From Catajapyx aquilonaris (taxonomy: Eukaryota): DNA of 57,848 nt. The stretch spans positions 1 to 57,848 of the forward strand of contig JYFJ02002389.1 of NCBI GenBank assembly GCA_000934665.2. The letters are read 5' to 3'. A program made the position numbers and the translations under genes. Positions 10,933 through 24,565 of this stretch are shown piece by piece. The notes under the pieces are model-generated. The model ran no database searches. It saw only the letters and a program-made list of their open reading frames with translations, and was not told the origin of the DNA. Position 1 is the stretch's first letter; every line of letters starts with the position of its first letter.

Positions 10933-13179
10933 ATGGCGGATTTACCGGTGGGTGAGAGGTCGCACTATGAGTACCTAACCATTAGCCAAGCACCCTGATG
11001 TAACCGTCGATGATAATGTCTGTTTCAGAATCAAGACAAAAAGCCGGTCAAGGAGAGCAAACAAAAAATCCCATACTGGAGAAGGCAGCCCAAGTTGACT
11101 TTCTCTGAGAAGATTAAGTTGGCTAGGCAGAAGGTCCAGGCAGAGAAGGAGAAATACCTAGAGGAAATAGAGGATCGAGTTAGACAGGTATATTCACCCT
11201 TATATTAGTACTGACGTCGTAGTGGACAACAATGACTGTTAACAATATCAATATTCAGTATCTCAATTTGGCATGCAAAGAGAGGTTCCAAAGGTTTGTG
11301 TGTGTGAATGAGCCGCGATAATATTTTCAACGACAACGGCCCCCATTCACGAAATAATATTAGCATGATGACTGGAAAGTGGAAACACATTCCCATCTTT
11401 GCTTTTACTATTACTATAGGATACTTTTGCGACTACTAATAACAATCACCATGTATATCAGCACATCAGCAACAAGGTAATAAAGGTGAAGAGAGAAGAA
11501 AACACCAAATATAGATATATATATAGTATATAGTATATAGTATATATAGTATAGAGCCAGTATACATTAATTTATACAGTATACATTTATCCTAAGCCTA
11601 TTTGACTTTATATAGTATAGACTACTTCAGAGTTATATTGGGTGGAATTTTCGTCCCACTGCAAGTTACTACTAACTTACAAGTGTCATGGGCCCATGGC
11701 CAATACTGGTAGGCCTACATCTTAGTTAGCAGTAACTAGCAGTGAGACGAAAATTCCATCCATTATTTTGAACAAAAAACTACAATATTATGCCTGTTGG
11801 TATGGCGTCAACACCCAATAAGCATGAGTGTGATCCTCCATGGTACATGCCGAAAACCACAATGGTCGTCTGAAAAATCAGATGTGGCCTAGGATGTGGC
11901 AGTGGCATGTTCCGTTTTATTGTTTGCTTCCATATTATCAGCATACAGGAAGATGCGTTTTAAACCCCACGCCGCACCGTTATGTTTGACTGAATTGCAG
12001 GAGGTGCTGGAGGAACTGGAAGGAAAGTACCTGCCTGCCTACAGAGACCCTTTCTCCCATCGTACAGGAACCAGCACTAGGAATTATTACAGATGGTTCG
12101 AAGAGATGCCAATGACTGCCGGAACGTCGACAACTCACGTGGGAGATGAGGAGGATGAGGGGGACAAGGAGGATGACTCCTCGACCGCCACTCCAAAGTG
12201 GACATTTAGTACCGCCACCACAGAGGAGGATGACTCCTCGACCGCCACTCCAAAGTGGACATATAGTACCCCCACTACAGAGGAGGATGAACCGGCCATA
12301 ACGCGACAAGGGTGGCAGCCGTCTCTTCAGGTGGAATATCAGCCGTCCACTGATGGGCAAGAGAACGTGACTTTCGTGACGGATGAGTACGACGACGTTG
12401 AGACCAGTGAGGAATATCTCTCACGCATCAATGGACCACAACGAAGGACGTTCCTGACAGACGATTTAGACGATGACGTTGAGACCAGTGAGGAATATCT
12501 CTCACGCAACAATGGACCACAACTAAGGACGTTCCTGACAGACGATTTAGACGACGACGTTGAGACCAGTAAGGAATATCGCTCATGCATCAATGGACCA
12601 CAACTAAGGACGTTTCTGACAGACGATTTAGACGACGATGTGTTAGACGAGCAACGGGCCCAACACTACGATTGGGAGAAGCATAGGCGGGACAATGATG
12701 AAAGCTTCGACGAAATGGTCCGCAGGTGAGCATACTCTGGACATCACTAAGTGAATGGGGGGGGGGGGGGGAATTTCCTGATCTCCTTTCACGCCATTCT
12801 ATATGGAACGTTGAAGCCGGCAGAAAGTTGTTAGAACATTTGCTGCCCTTTCATAAATAAGATTTACAGATTATTGGCCGACGCTGCAGGAGGTATATGA
12901 TGTACAGTACTATCCCGAGAAAAAAATATAGATGCAGCTGGTTGTAGGCCGTTTGGTTTTTTAAATTATTGCAGGAGTAGCCGTAACTGCGGCCACGAAG
13001 TACAGTATATTCACTGGTTCTCAGGTGTGACTTTGGCATACAGGGACTTTCACAAGAGTACATAACGTCATCTTTTATTTCAGAAGTAGCTAATGCAGGA
13101 ATTCATGTTTGCTCAAAATTATGATAATCACATACGTATTAGCATTTTGCTCCCGTATAGTTATTCCTCGCTTAAATAA
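10933..13179 (+). CDS. Orphan acidic low-complexity protein, tandem copy B (4 exons, about 305 aa)
   Basis: Exons 10933-10947 (MADLP|gtgggt), 11029-11187 (NQDKKP...DRVRQ|gtatat), 12001-12725 (EVLEEL...DEMVR AG|gtgagc), 13161-13179 (S-YSSLK*). Paralogous to copy A (PKWTFS, PSTD, FLTDDLDDD, QHYDWEKHR, FDEMV). Confidence 0.72.
12373..12642 (+). repeat. In-frame coding tandem repeat, 81-bp (27-aa) unit, about 3.3 copies
   Basis: FLTDDLDDDVETSEEYLSRxNGPQxRT units start at 12373 (78 bp), 12451, 12532 and 12613 (partial). Confidence 0.9.
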
Positions 13180-15208
13180 GACATCTTTTCCCGTTATTAA
13201 GAGTTACTTTACCATGCTTTAAATTCCAATTTTTTTTTCTGGAACATAGGGTGGGGATGATACGCATCCCAAATAAGATGATGGGGAGGAGGTATCCTGG
13301 AGGACGTGAGACAGAATATGACCGGAGGACATGAGCAAGATATCATGGGTGCCCAGTACCTCAAGGAGTCCGGGGCTGGATTGTGTGGAGGGTGGGGTAA
13401 GGGGGTAAGTGATAATTGGAGCGAATCCATATGTGCATGAGGGGGAACAAATAAGTTTCAAAATTAGAAGTAATAAAGCTTTCGGTACTATCTTCATCAT
13501 CATTCTAATTAGCTGAAGATTACCTGCTTTTCCCTTCCACCGGATTGCAGGGCGGGCATCACATAAGTTATGCACAATTTTCCAGAGTAATAACGACAGC
13601 CGTCCTTCCATACTGAGTGAAATAAGTAATAAATAAGTACGCACTTTATATAAATAAATATAACGAAAGCGGGACCACACTCTTCAGGATTAGACTAATG
13701 CAGTATATTGCAGGAGTCATGAAGCCAAGTAACTCGAAATCTTTGCATATTGCAGTTATGAGCTAGCGTGTTTGAAGTCTTCTAAATTATTAATATGTGC
13801 AGGAGAAATGAATGAATATGCCAGATTCAGGCAGCAAGGTTACACAAGGTTTATAGGCAAATTAGTTTCATTCAATTAGTGATAAGCAAAATAATAATTC
13901 ATTCGAGTGAACGATCACTTATTTCCGGTTTGGACGCAGATTACGGCAGCTTGCAATAGTTTATTCAGAGAGAGCGTGTCATTAAAAGAATAAAATATCG
14001 ACGGGATTGGTGTAAATCTGTAGGTAAAGAATACTGATAGAGTAAAGTGCCAGAATATCGGATACATTTTAAAATCTGGTTGTCTATTACAACAAAAAAT
14101 AATTAACCGTGAATGGAAAATGGATGAGATTACAATTTCCAGTTGGGTTCTTGGAAAAAAAAACTGCTGACACAATGATAGGCCTATCTTTTATTGAGAA
14201 GCTGGCGTAAGGCAATATATTTTGGGCCTAGTGAAAAAGAGCCCAATCCCAAAATTTCAATTAGCTTATTGATCATTAGTAGGCCCCTATACCGGAATTT
14301 ATTTATACTATATTTTTGAAATGCTGTCCTTCTTGGTTCTTGCATTTGCCGTTCAATCTAACAATTTTTTAATGAATTTGGTGACATATATTATGAATAA
14401 ACGTGCTGCAAAGGACTACTGATATACAGTATGTAATTCTTCTTTGCCAGATATACTGGTAGGCCTACTCTAAAAAATCAGGATTGAGAAAATGGTAGCT
14501 TAATAATATGATAGTATATAATATAAACCGACTAAGCGAAATATTATTTCAGCATAACATCAGCATATACTAAACTGAGAAAGCAAAGTTGGTCGTCCAG
14601 ATTATTTTGAGCACACCTCACACATGGTGGCCTATTGTGATACACGGGTATTGACACCCAGCAAGGACGCGTCCCATTTCTGTCTACTCAAAGTAGCATC
14701 GCCTTTGGCAATGCCCTTCTGCTAACATGACATCACAAACTCAATGGCACATCCCAAATGAACCCAAATTAGGCCGTTATAAATAAAGCTTGACAAACAG
14801 CGCGAAAGTTTGAAACTCGACCACAAGCCCCATATATGCGTCTGAGGTATTATTTACGACTAACGGGGCGTAGCTTATATACCGCCTTGTAACATAGATG
14901 GGGCGGTGCAAATGCCAACTCCTGGGTTCAATTGTTGAGAAGCTCTCTAGATGGCAGATAAGCAGCCCGGCTGCTGGTAAGCTTTCATAATAACGAAGGC
15001 ATTGGCGCTCTGGGCAACAAGTGAGATCTATCCGGCATAGGTCCGCAGCTGGAAACATCTGATTCCGACCTTTCCACCGCAATCTGGCCTTCAGGTAATC
15101 TCTGTACAAACTTACCGCCATCAACCTTTGGAATTCCTAACTGTAGATAAAAATAGAGATTATTGTGTTGGCACGTGGTGGCGGAACATTATCGATGACA
15201 AAATAATC

Positions 15209-15282
15209 ATGAGCGAAAAAGAGAGGTTGACACAGGTCGAGTCTGGCACCGAATATGGTGCAGTGCCTCCAAATGGTCGAAG
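15209..15282 (+). CDS. Candidate distal first coding exon (possibly of the aminopeptidase N gene)
   Basis: ATG in ataatcATG context, MSEKERLTQVESGTEYGAVPPNGR then AG|gtatgt. The phase-2 donor fits the phase-2 acceptor at 39575. Confidence 0.35.
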
Positions 15283-18200
15283 GTATGTTTCAATCAAGTT
15301 TCGCAATCTGTAATTTTGGTTGGAGTTACGCCGGATTTCAAACGTCACATGTTGGAGCAAGGGATTAGCAGACGTCTTGCTAAGCGTGTGCGCAATAGAG
15401 CCTCGCATTTTTTTGTTGTTGTTGTAATTGGCTGGACCACGTAATTGACACCGGTCATTCGACAACCCTGCGGTTTTCAGTAACATGAATATCATATTTG
15501 TCCCATTTTTTTAATGACAGGCGCATATGTTCGTTACTTCCATAAGACAACATTGCCTAATAGTGGCTGTAAACGACACCGGTCAGGAGTATGCGCATAC
15601 CATTCCTAATTGTCGAAAAGTAGCTCAGTTGTTCGAGCCATTATCTGCAGGTGTACAATGCAAGCAGTGTTTCTTCATGTTACCGTGATATAGGGCACCT
15701 TCCTTTTTTCTTTTTTTTTGATAGTGATATGTTGGTTTTTTTTCGCCCCTGGCATTGCATCCGGTTGCACAATCGTTAAACGGCTTGGTCATAGTATATC
15801 AATTAGTGGTTTGCCGGTACAGAGGCTCAATCTTGTTGCGCCAACAATGGTTAAAAATGTCATTGAATATTTTTGACCGCAACCAAGTTGCACAATCCTC
15901 ATTTTTTTGCAACCGGACTGCAACCCTGTCCTCGTTTTTTTTTGCGGTAATTAAATGCAATTCGGGCTTGCCATGGGAAAAAAAATGCTGCACACATCAG
16001 GTAACCAGCGAAGGTCATACATGAATGTCACAGACACAAGTGCTATCAACTATACAGACCCACGTGCAATACAATATGCAGATGTCATTGTTTTGCATGA
16101 ATTGCGTCGAGGCCAAATTTGTTGATTATGGAAATCACAACTAGGTGGTTGTTGATTATATTATTATTATAAACCAGTAATAATTACTATTTGGAACAAT
16201 TATGTTACCGGCATATCTACTTGCAGGTATGGGAATTATGCCTCAGATACGGGCTCCTTTGATGTGGTGGGCGACATTGTGTTTCGATTCTGTTGTTTCT
16301 TGGGAACACCATACCATTATTCCTGAAAACTTGCTGGAAAATTTATTATTCCCCTCTCACCCACCCCCTCCCAGAGTTTGAAGATGGCAATGACTTCTAC
16401 AGAATTTGCAGTCTTCACTATCGACATTGTTGTGGGAACACGTTTCTATTTCCTTTACCCTTGAAGATTCCCCCTCCCCCCCCACTCTATTCAGCCTCCC
16501 ATCCAGAAGTCCTCGGAGGGAGCGTAGGTTGAGATAGAATGAGAGAGAGAAAAAATATATATAGTGAGCCTGCAACCGCGTTCTTCCTGACCTCCTTCGC
16601 AAAATCGCTTGACCCACTTTGTACGACTCTGGCGAAGGAACTGGGTTTTCGTTTTTCGGACCTCTATTTTTAAAGCCGACCAAGCGCGCGTCTTGAATGA
16701 CACTGGCGCGGTCGCCGACTGACCTCGTTCCTTGCTGACCCCTAGCCCTAAATATAGTCTAGTCTTCCAAGTCTTTTCAGGCTCGAAGCAGGCCAGCGGG
16801 GCCACGGCCATGGTCAACCCCGATATGGATGCAAGATGAGCGGGGATCTCAAACAATTTCACGGTTGTTATAGGTGGTAGACCTAAGTATGTCGTGTTGT
16901 TGTTGTTGTTGTTGCTTAGGACCAATCATCAAAAGTTTCGTGGTCGAATCATGTTCCGATAGTCATTGTTATAAATTGTTAAGCAACAACTGGCTGGTAA
17001 CAATAAAGAAAGCGATATGTCCGTACCCTTATAATAATCGGAGACTTCCGTGTGCTATATTTCCAGTAATGAGTATAGAAAAAATGGGTGTTGTACTTTC
17101 AGTTATGTAGTCTGTGCTCATCAAGTGAAAGCTACTCGATGTGAAAAACCGGTTGTGAGTATTAGAAGCGAACTTTCATATTTGCCTGAGCTTTAAGACC
17201 GCGTTTTATGGCTGGTGAAAATGACCTCGTAATACCGGTGCTATAGACCAGGCCAGCAGTAACTGACTTCTACAATGCAATGCTTTCAAATATACCGTAC
17301 ATTTACTACGCTTACAATTACATTGTGAATAACTATACAGGGTGGTACACTACTCAATTCCAAGTTCAAGGAAATAAGAGTGTACTGTTTAGCCCAGCAA
17401 GTAGTTTAAATAAAAGCAACAATTACAGCCTCATATACCGGTATATGTCTTGTCGTGAATAATGTACTGCTTTTTATAAACTGGTTTGCTCGGATAAACA
17501 ATCCATAACTTTTTTCCTAGAACAGAGGACCTGGGAAATGGATTATCTTGAATACTAGATATTCAGTTAAATTATGCAAGGCGACAAGGCCTGAATTAAT
17601 GCAGAACAATCACATTATAATGATTTAGAGCTGTGATAGCTTTATGTTTGATGATTTCATTATCCCATATGGCATAACCTTTTTTGAAATATTTACGGAA
17701 ATGTAATAATTGCATGACCAAGACTTTAAGCATCGGAGAGTACGTGTCAATGACTATATTACACAATATGTCTTACTCAAATGACCAAAAATGTGACTCT
17801 GATCGTGCTCATATGATAAGAAGAATTAGTTATGGTGCTGATTCGATATATGATATACAGTACAGGAAACATGCGTATTCCACAGTTTAAGCTGAATGCA
17901 CGTCTAATTTGAATATGAATTAATCTGATTTACATGCAAGTTTCTGCAATCAGCAGAGGGTATGAATCATCCTGAGCAAATTACTTACGCATTAGCTGTG
18001 TTTCAGCAATGCAGAAAAGTGGCTTTCAATTGCAACTCATAATGACTGGAATTTTTAAATTAAACCTCTTGCTGTTGTAACAGGCACCAACCGTGCCCAT
18101 ACAACTGTAGCGTTGCGCTGTCAGAAATCACCGAGAGATTGATTACAAAAAACTTATTATAGAGTAGGCCTGCACAGCTTTCTCTATTAGGTCCTTGTCC

Positions 18201-18335
18201 TGCATGAGCGCAAAAAAAAGAATGCACCTGTTTTGCTGATCTCATTTCACGTATTAATCAGCACCACAAGCTGTATGTCATTGTGTGACAGTCACACTGA
18301 CCCCTATTGGACCATAAGTCCAAACAGCCATTCAT

Positions 18336-18336
18336 T

Positions 18337-18379
<43 letters not shown>

Positions 18380-18381
18380 TT
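18336..18381. repeat. (TTTA)n microsatellite
   Basis: Direct reading. Confidence 0.9.
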
Positions 18382-21300
18382 TTATTCATTCGACCGTTTG
18401 GCCATCCTAGTTTGAATAAAATAGCGCGAATACAGTGTAACGTCCTCATTCTTATGGTCAATCACGTGACTCCATGTTGCGTAATTGAACTAGCAGCCTC
18501 CAGATGTGCATTTCCAAGTTAGCAGGAGATAAGCTCTATAGAAGGTGAAAAAGATCAACATGTCAAGTCCTCTCGTGTCGTTGGTTCGAATCGATCGAAA
18601 GTGAACTTGCTATACACACTGTTCTCGATCAATGCTTAGGAAGTGTGGACAAATTTGATGTCGTTATGTCATAAAGCTAGGTTCACACTGGCGTCGTTGT
18701 TAGGTCATTCCGGTTAAGACGATCCATCAATCACACATTTTTTTTTACAACATTCGATTAAGTCACATTATTGCAACATTCTGTCAGATAAAAAAATATT
18801 GTACGGTATGGCCTGTACCTGCGGCCAAATTCATGTGTGCTGTCACTATCTACATCAATTTTATCAGCCCCAGGAGTGGTTATGTTAATGAGGCGCTGGA
18901 CTCACATCGATCAAGAGCGTCCATATGGGGCAGCCTGGAGCTGGAAGAGCTGGATGAGGTGGGGGAAGGCGGGGAGGGGGGGGGGGATTTTTTTATTTTT
19001 TTATTTTTTTTTACGGCGCCGAGAGAGGTAACCTTCGGAAAGACGTCGCTATGAATTATGCAGGTACACGCTGTTCCAGTAGGGGAAGCACACAAGCTCC
19101 GGAGGGAGGCTGGATATTATTGAGGCGGATAGTAACGTTTTTGTGGGGGAAAAAGATGGGTTATTCAAGGCACATAACTCGTGAGTTTCATTCGGTTTGG
19201 GCCATAAAAAAAAGGAACGTACAATTTGTCGCACTATGTTAATAAGTTACCCGCCATGATGAGCTCGAGAAGTCTTTTAGCCAATCAGTAGCCCTCCCGC
19301 CACCTCAGCATCCAACGATTGGTTGCTATACCTGCCACCATGAAATATGATAATTATTGTCGCACAAAATATACCGCTCCAGTTGAGCCCCTCCCAAGCG
19401 GAAAGATTGGATCGGCTAATTTGATGGATGCTGACTGCTTTCGAAATTGCAATTTAGGGACAACAATGTGTCCAGCAGTTTGTATTGACCGTCCAGATAG
19501 AAAGGAGGGGGGGTAGAAGAAAAGGAACGTGCGTCACAGGGTTCTCCTTTAGCTTTCCCTTCTGAGCTGAAGGAACAGTACAAACTTGATTCCACAGGGT
19601 CCTGCCAATGAGATTAGGAAGAGAGTTTAGGGGGACTAGAGAAGCATGCTGGGAGAGGGGAGCATCTGCAATTTTCCGGGTGGCCACCTCGAGTAAGGCT
19701 GCCCCCACTATGTAAGACACACGCATAATAATTTCTTGTAGAGCCCGTAATTTTCCACTTGAGATACCAGTATGGTAATTCGTTGCGCAGTATATTCCAA
19801 GAGGGATTAGTAGTACTTTCATAATTAGGGGAATGGTTAAAAAGCAGGTTGCATGAGCAAATAATATTCAACTGACTGGGGTCAGTTAGCAGTAGAGATT
19901 TTCCTTTCCCTGTCGGATTGCGTAAGTTGATGTCAACCTTCGAACATGCGAGTAATCTGGTGAGAATTGTTTCGTCGCGTGCGGGTACTTCCTTACATTC
20001 GTCTTTAGGAATGGGCAAAAGGTGTCTGGAACAGGATGTAGTGTTTTTTTTATTATTGCTGTCTCATGTGATTAAATAATATGATCGTCAATGTAGGATA
20101 TTATGGCGATGTTAGTCATGAACAGTAACATTTGAGCCATTTTTTATATAGATTGAGAATGTGCCCTTCATGCGTGTGAGAACACATCAGTACGCCTTAG
20201 GTGCGTAAACAACTTATTAACGCAGAACGAGCTGGGTCGTCATAACATTGGAGTTGCAAAAGTACCGTATACTTAATCATCCTCATCGAATCCAGTTAGT
20301 CTACCATCAGCAGTTTTTGTCTTAGTGCTTATGCAAATTATTATATTGATTGTGCAATTATCTTAAACATATTCTAAGAGACATTTTCCAATATAACATG
20401 ACACATGAGGCACCTTGGCATGTGTTCCGCAAGTAAAGGCCTAAAATCACGAGCAGAAGCCATTGATATTTTCAGAATCATTCCCCGCATATTTTCTACG
20501 TCATGTGCTTTAAAATAATTTTGAGGTCTTAATGTTTCGTTCACTAGAAGTTATGTGGCACTATTAATAGAGAGCATGGAGCTATTCCCATTGTTATAGA
20601 ATGGAGGAGCGTATGAGCTTCAAGTGAAAACACGGAGATAATCGTTTGCATACGGATGAAACAAAAATTTTGTGATAAGGATTAGAAATAGTCAACTTTT
20701 TGTGATAAGAGAACACCTCGTGTTCCCTGTCAGCGCACTGGGAATTTCCAGCTCATTGAATTGTGGGAACTGATCACCCTGTACGTTATCGTGCGTTTGA
20801 CCGATAACACTAATATTATTGCGACGCTCTCCTGTACGATGAGTCACTCGTTGTATGAAACTGCGATAAAACTGCGACATATCGAAACAATGTGACAAAG
20901 GCTGTGAGAAACTTTCACATTTCCCTGATATCGGTGTCAGGTGCCATGAACAATGCTGAGTCTTTTGATATGTACTCTACGTACTATACATCTCCATATG
21001 CATATTGCCGTGACCTTACCTGTATAAAGTGCTTTAAAATACAGGTAAAATCCATGCAACAATTCTGACACAATAATGTGACTAATGTCGTTTGCACTAC
21101 TATTTTTCAGTAACAACTAATATTTGCATACAACCTCTTACCAACAATAGAACCTTAATTATTCCAGCTTGAACCTCCTGTACAGTAATCATTTCCAATG
21201 TAGCTCTTTACTCTCAATACATCGCAACTAGACGTGAGAAGAGGGCGTAACCTTACTTCATATCAGGGTTCCTCTAGACTCTAGAGTAAATAAACTCGTC

Positions 21301-23771
21301 CCCAGTAAAAAGGAAGCCGCCCTTTTCTGCCGCTAAACTGGCGCATCCAATTTAAGCCACGCGTACACTGGTTTAATACCGGTAGGGAGGGAGAAAAAAC
21401 CAGCTTTATCACTTTGTGCGAAGCAGCTCGGAGAGGGCTGAAGTACTTAAACGAAGTATGGTGTAAATTACAGAATAGTTGAGTCACTTTTTTTTTGGAC
21501 GGATCGATAGGTATGGGGTTGGACCGCATTTTTGTGCATTTTGACAAGCAAAGCGGTAGTATAACATTTTTGTACAGAGAATATTATGCGTCAATAGGCT
21601 GGAGTTCATTGGTGGGTACTTGGCTGATATGCTCCATTTAGTAGTTGAGCTGATGTAGTTTTTAATTTTTTGGTCATTTAAAATTTTGCCTGTGAAAAAT
21701 GGGCTGCCACAAAAGAGCGGCAACCAAGCTTCATGTGCACAAAAGAAATTTGTAATGAACTTAACATATTTTTAGCAGAAGAAAGGCTTTTCATGCGCTA
21801 TTTTAACCGCTCATGTGTAACTGGCCTTGTGTAATAAGACTTGCATTTTTGATATCTATATTATTAAAAAGCCGACTCTCATGGAAACTCCTCCCGCATC
21901 GTACGGCCTACAGCTTTGGGAGTGATGTCAAAATTTTGGGCGTCTTTTCTATATTTGCAAACCACTTTTGGTTTTTTTTTTGGAAACGGTGCCGGGGGAC
22001 TTTGTAAAACTCAAAAAACGAAAAAAAAAGCCGACTGGTGTCTTTCCACGGAATTCCCATTTCCGCCGTTCTGGGCGCGGGGCGCCACCTCATCGGTGGT
22101 GACTCGCTTACTTCTGCACTTCACCGTCTTAATTCTGCACTTCACCATCGGATGTCGCTTCGATGCTGCTGCCTGGTGCGGATCTGGGATCTCTCTCTGT
22201 CCACTTTCGCACCTTTGCCAAATTTTTTGCCAAATTTTGGCAAGATGGTGTCTAGTTTTACATTATAAAGGAAATATGTCCCTGAACAATAATTGACGTG
22301 TAATTACGCTGTGGTGCAGTTTTATATGATTTTTTATTGGCTACTCTAATAATTATGGTACAACTTATGAACCAATTAAAGCACCGGATCTCCGTCGCAA
22401 AGCTGCTTATAACAAGTTAAATTTTAAGCATGTTTTAAAAACACACATGTCTATATTGACACTGATCAATCAGGCATCGTGCATTTTAAATACCCAATTT
22501 GGATAACGGTAGACCGAGCAACAATGTTTTATTTACCATTCCGAAACTGCCCATGGAAAATCCATTTTTCGCCTGCATTTTTTTCTTCCACGAATGCAGC
22601 AATAATGAGAAAATAAATACGCAGAAAAAGGCAGGCAAATTCCTGGTAGTGTAAACAATCAGCGTGATTGCAGCAGCAACCAGGCATGCTGTTATGTTTG
22701 CGGAACCGAGCCGGTAAATAAAGTTGGGCCGTTGAATGAAACTGTGGATATAGCTGGCGCACACACACACCCTTTTTTTTCAAAAGAGTTAACAAAAAGA
22801 GAGAGGACTAAAAACCGGTGAACTGGTCCGGATGACCTTCCTTGCAGGGTTTGATCAGCAGCTAACCCCCACCATAGTCTGCGGTTGAGATGGCGTACAG
22901 GACCGTCCACTAGTGACTTTTTCGTCATTTTTTTTGTGTGTGGTTAAACCCCTAAACGGCAATAGAAGCATGAGTGTCGGCGTGCGCAGACGATGGAAGA
23001 AGGAATACCATATGGAGGATGAGGAAGGGTAAGGACTTTTGCAGACATTTGCAGTGTACCGAACGACAGCTGTCGGAAGCAATTTATCCTCGTCCTAACC
23101 ATGGGACTCGTTCATTTCGTCACCACTTTATTTCCGAGTGTTGCCTTGGCATCCCCAACAACGTACTGTGTATGTAAAAAAAAATAGTGCCTGATCGCAC
23201 ATGGTACCTGACTGTGGATAAAAAATTGCCAACTAGGTGAGGAATGTTAGCAACACATGAGGGTGCATATGATCGCTTTATTTGACATGGACTTGATGGG
23301 TGCGCTGACCTCGTTGTTCTTCAGGTATTTGCACGACCACGAGGCCGGAGAGGTGAAACGTGGCTGCCATTATTGCCGATTCGATCTGGCCAAATGAGTC
23401 GGTCAAGTCATTTTGGGGATGGCATTACGGGAAAGGAGATCGTGGCGGAATGACTTCTGGATCTAGTGTGGCGAACTGGTTCTGGAAGGCGTAACGTTTA
23501 ACATGGCTGAATGCATGGATTGGCCAAGGAAGCGGGAAATGAAGGACTTTTCAGCCTGGCAAGCACAGTTTTTTTTTTTTTTTGTTCCAAGTGGTTGCCA
23601 GGTTTGAAACAGTGGCTATGTTTTTGCACCTAAGGATAATAAATATTGCACCACTGCCCTTTCATGGAAAGTGATAACAAGCTATGTCTTATATAGAGAC
23701 GATATCGATTCGGAAGCAGGTGCTTAGGATGTACGGTACAGTATTATTGACTACCATCGATATAAGGACTA

Positions 23772-23895
23772 CAGTAGAGCCTCGATTATCCGAAACAATG
23801 GGGGACTAGGTGTGTTCGGATAACTGATTTTTCGGATAGCCGAAAAACTGTACATTTTCGGTTAACCGAGGTTTCGGATAATCGAGGCTCCATTG
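23772..23895. mobile_element. pogo/Tigger-type MITE (124 bp)
   Basis: TA|CAGTAGAGCCTCGATTATCCGAA ... TTCGGATAATCGAGGCTCCATTG|TA with internal ttcggata repeats. Confidence 0.88.
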
Positions 23896-24354
23896 TATTT
23901 ACAATTATTGGAAAGCTATCATGCTGTAGCAGCTGGGAATAATTAATAAAAATATTCCACATTATACTATGCAATGTGTTAACTCCTTCATAATTTTGTT
24001 ATCAAAATACATGATACAGGATGGTTCCAAATGAGGGACTGCACACGACCCCCAACTTGAGACATTGCACCTGCACCAGTGTCGTCGTCCCCCCCATCAT
24101 TATCCCTATCCCATCCCCTTGCACTAGATGAAAGAAAAATAACACAAGAAAATTGATGGTGGTGTACCACCCCCCCCCCCCCAACAGGGCCCATGTATGC
24201 CTATCACGGGGTAAAACCAATTTTTTAAAAATTGTGCGCATTTACTTTCAGACCTATGTTTCATGTTATATCCTAAAATTATCCTATACTTGATTATGGC
24301 GATTTCGGCTCCATTACAAAGATAATCGCATATTAAGTTTAGGCTGTACTTGCT

Positions 24355-24565
24355 CTTACTGGCGTGCGGGAGGGTAGTAGTCGGTGGGGGCAGCGGGCTG
24401 TGTCGCTCAGGTAGGTCTGTATCCGCAAGGAAGGAAGGAAGGTTAGGTTAGGTTAGGTTGGTACAGCATACCCCTTTCAAAATCCAAAAAATCAATCTGC
24501 CTTTGCGACATAGCCAAGCTGCCCCCAGCCACCACTCCCCCTGCCGCGTCCCGCACGCCCGTAAG
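24355..24565. mobile_element. MITE with long imperfect TIRs and internal (TTAGG)n
   Basis: cttactggcgtgcggga...gggggcagc...tgtcgc / gcgaca...gctgccccc...tcccgcacgcccgtaag, with central ggttaggttaggttagg. Confidence 0.7.

Noticed and set aside
11896..12000. Signal-peptide-like start MAVACSVLLFASILSA of the 277-aa ORF
   Set aside because: Begins at GTG, is absent from the paralog and lies upstream of the acceptor ttgcag|12001, so it is intronic.
12373..12642. CRISPR-like repeat array
   Set aside because: Head-to-tail coding repeats with no unique spacers in a spliced eukaryotic gene; no cas genes.
24441..24460. (TTAGG)n as telomeric sequence
   Set aside because: Only about 3 units, sitting centrally within a TIR element.
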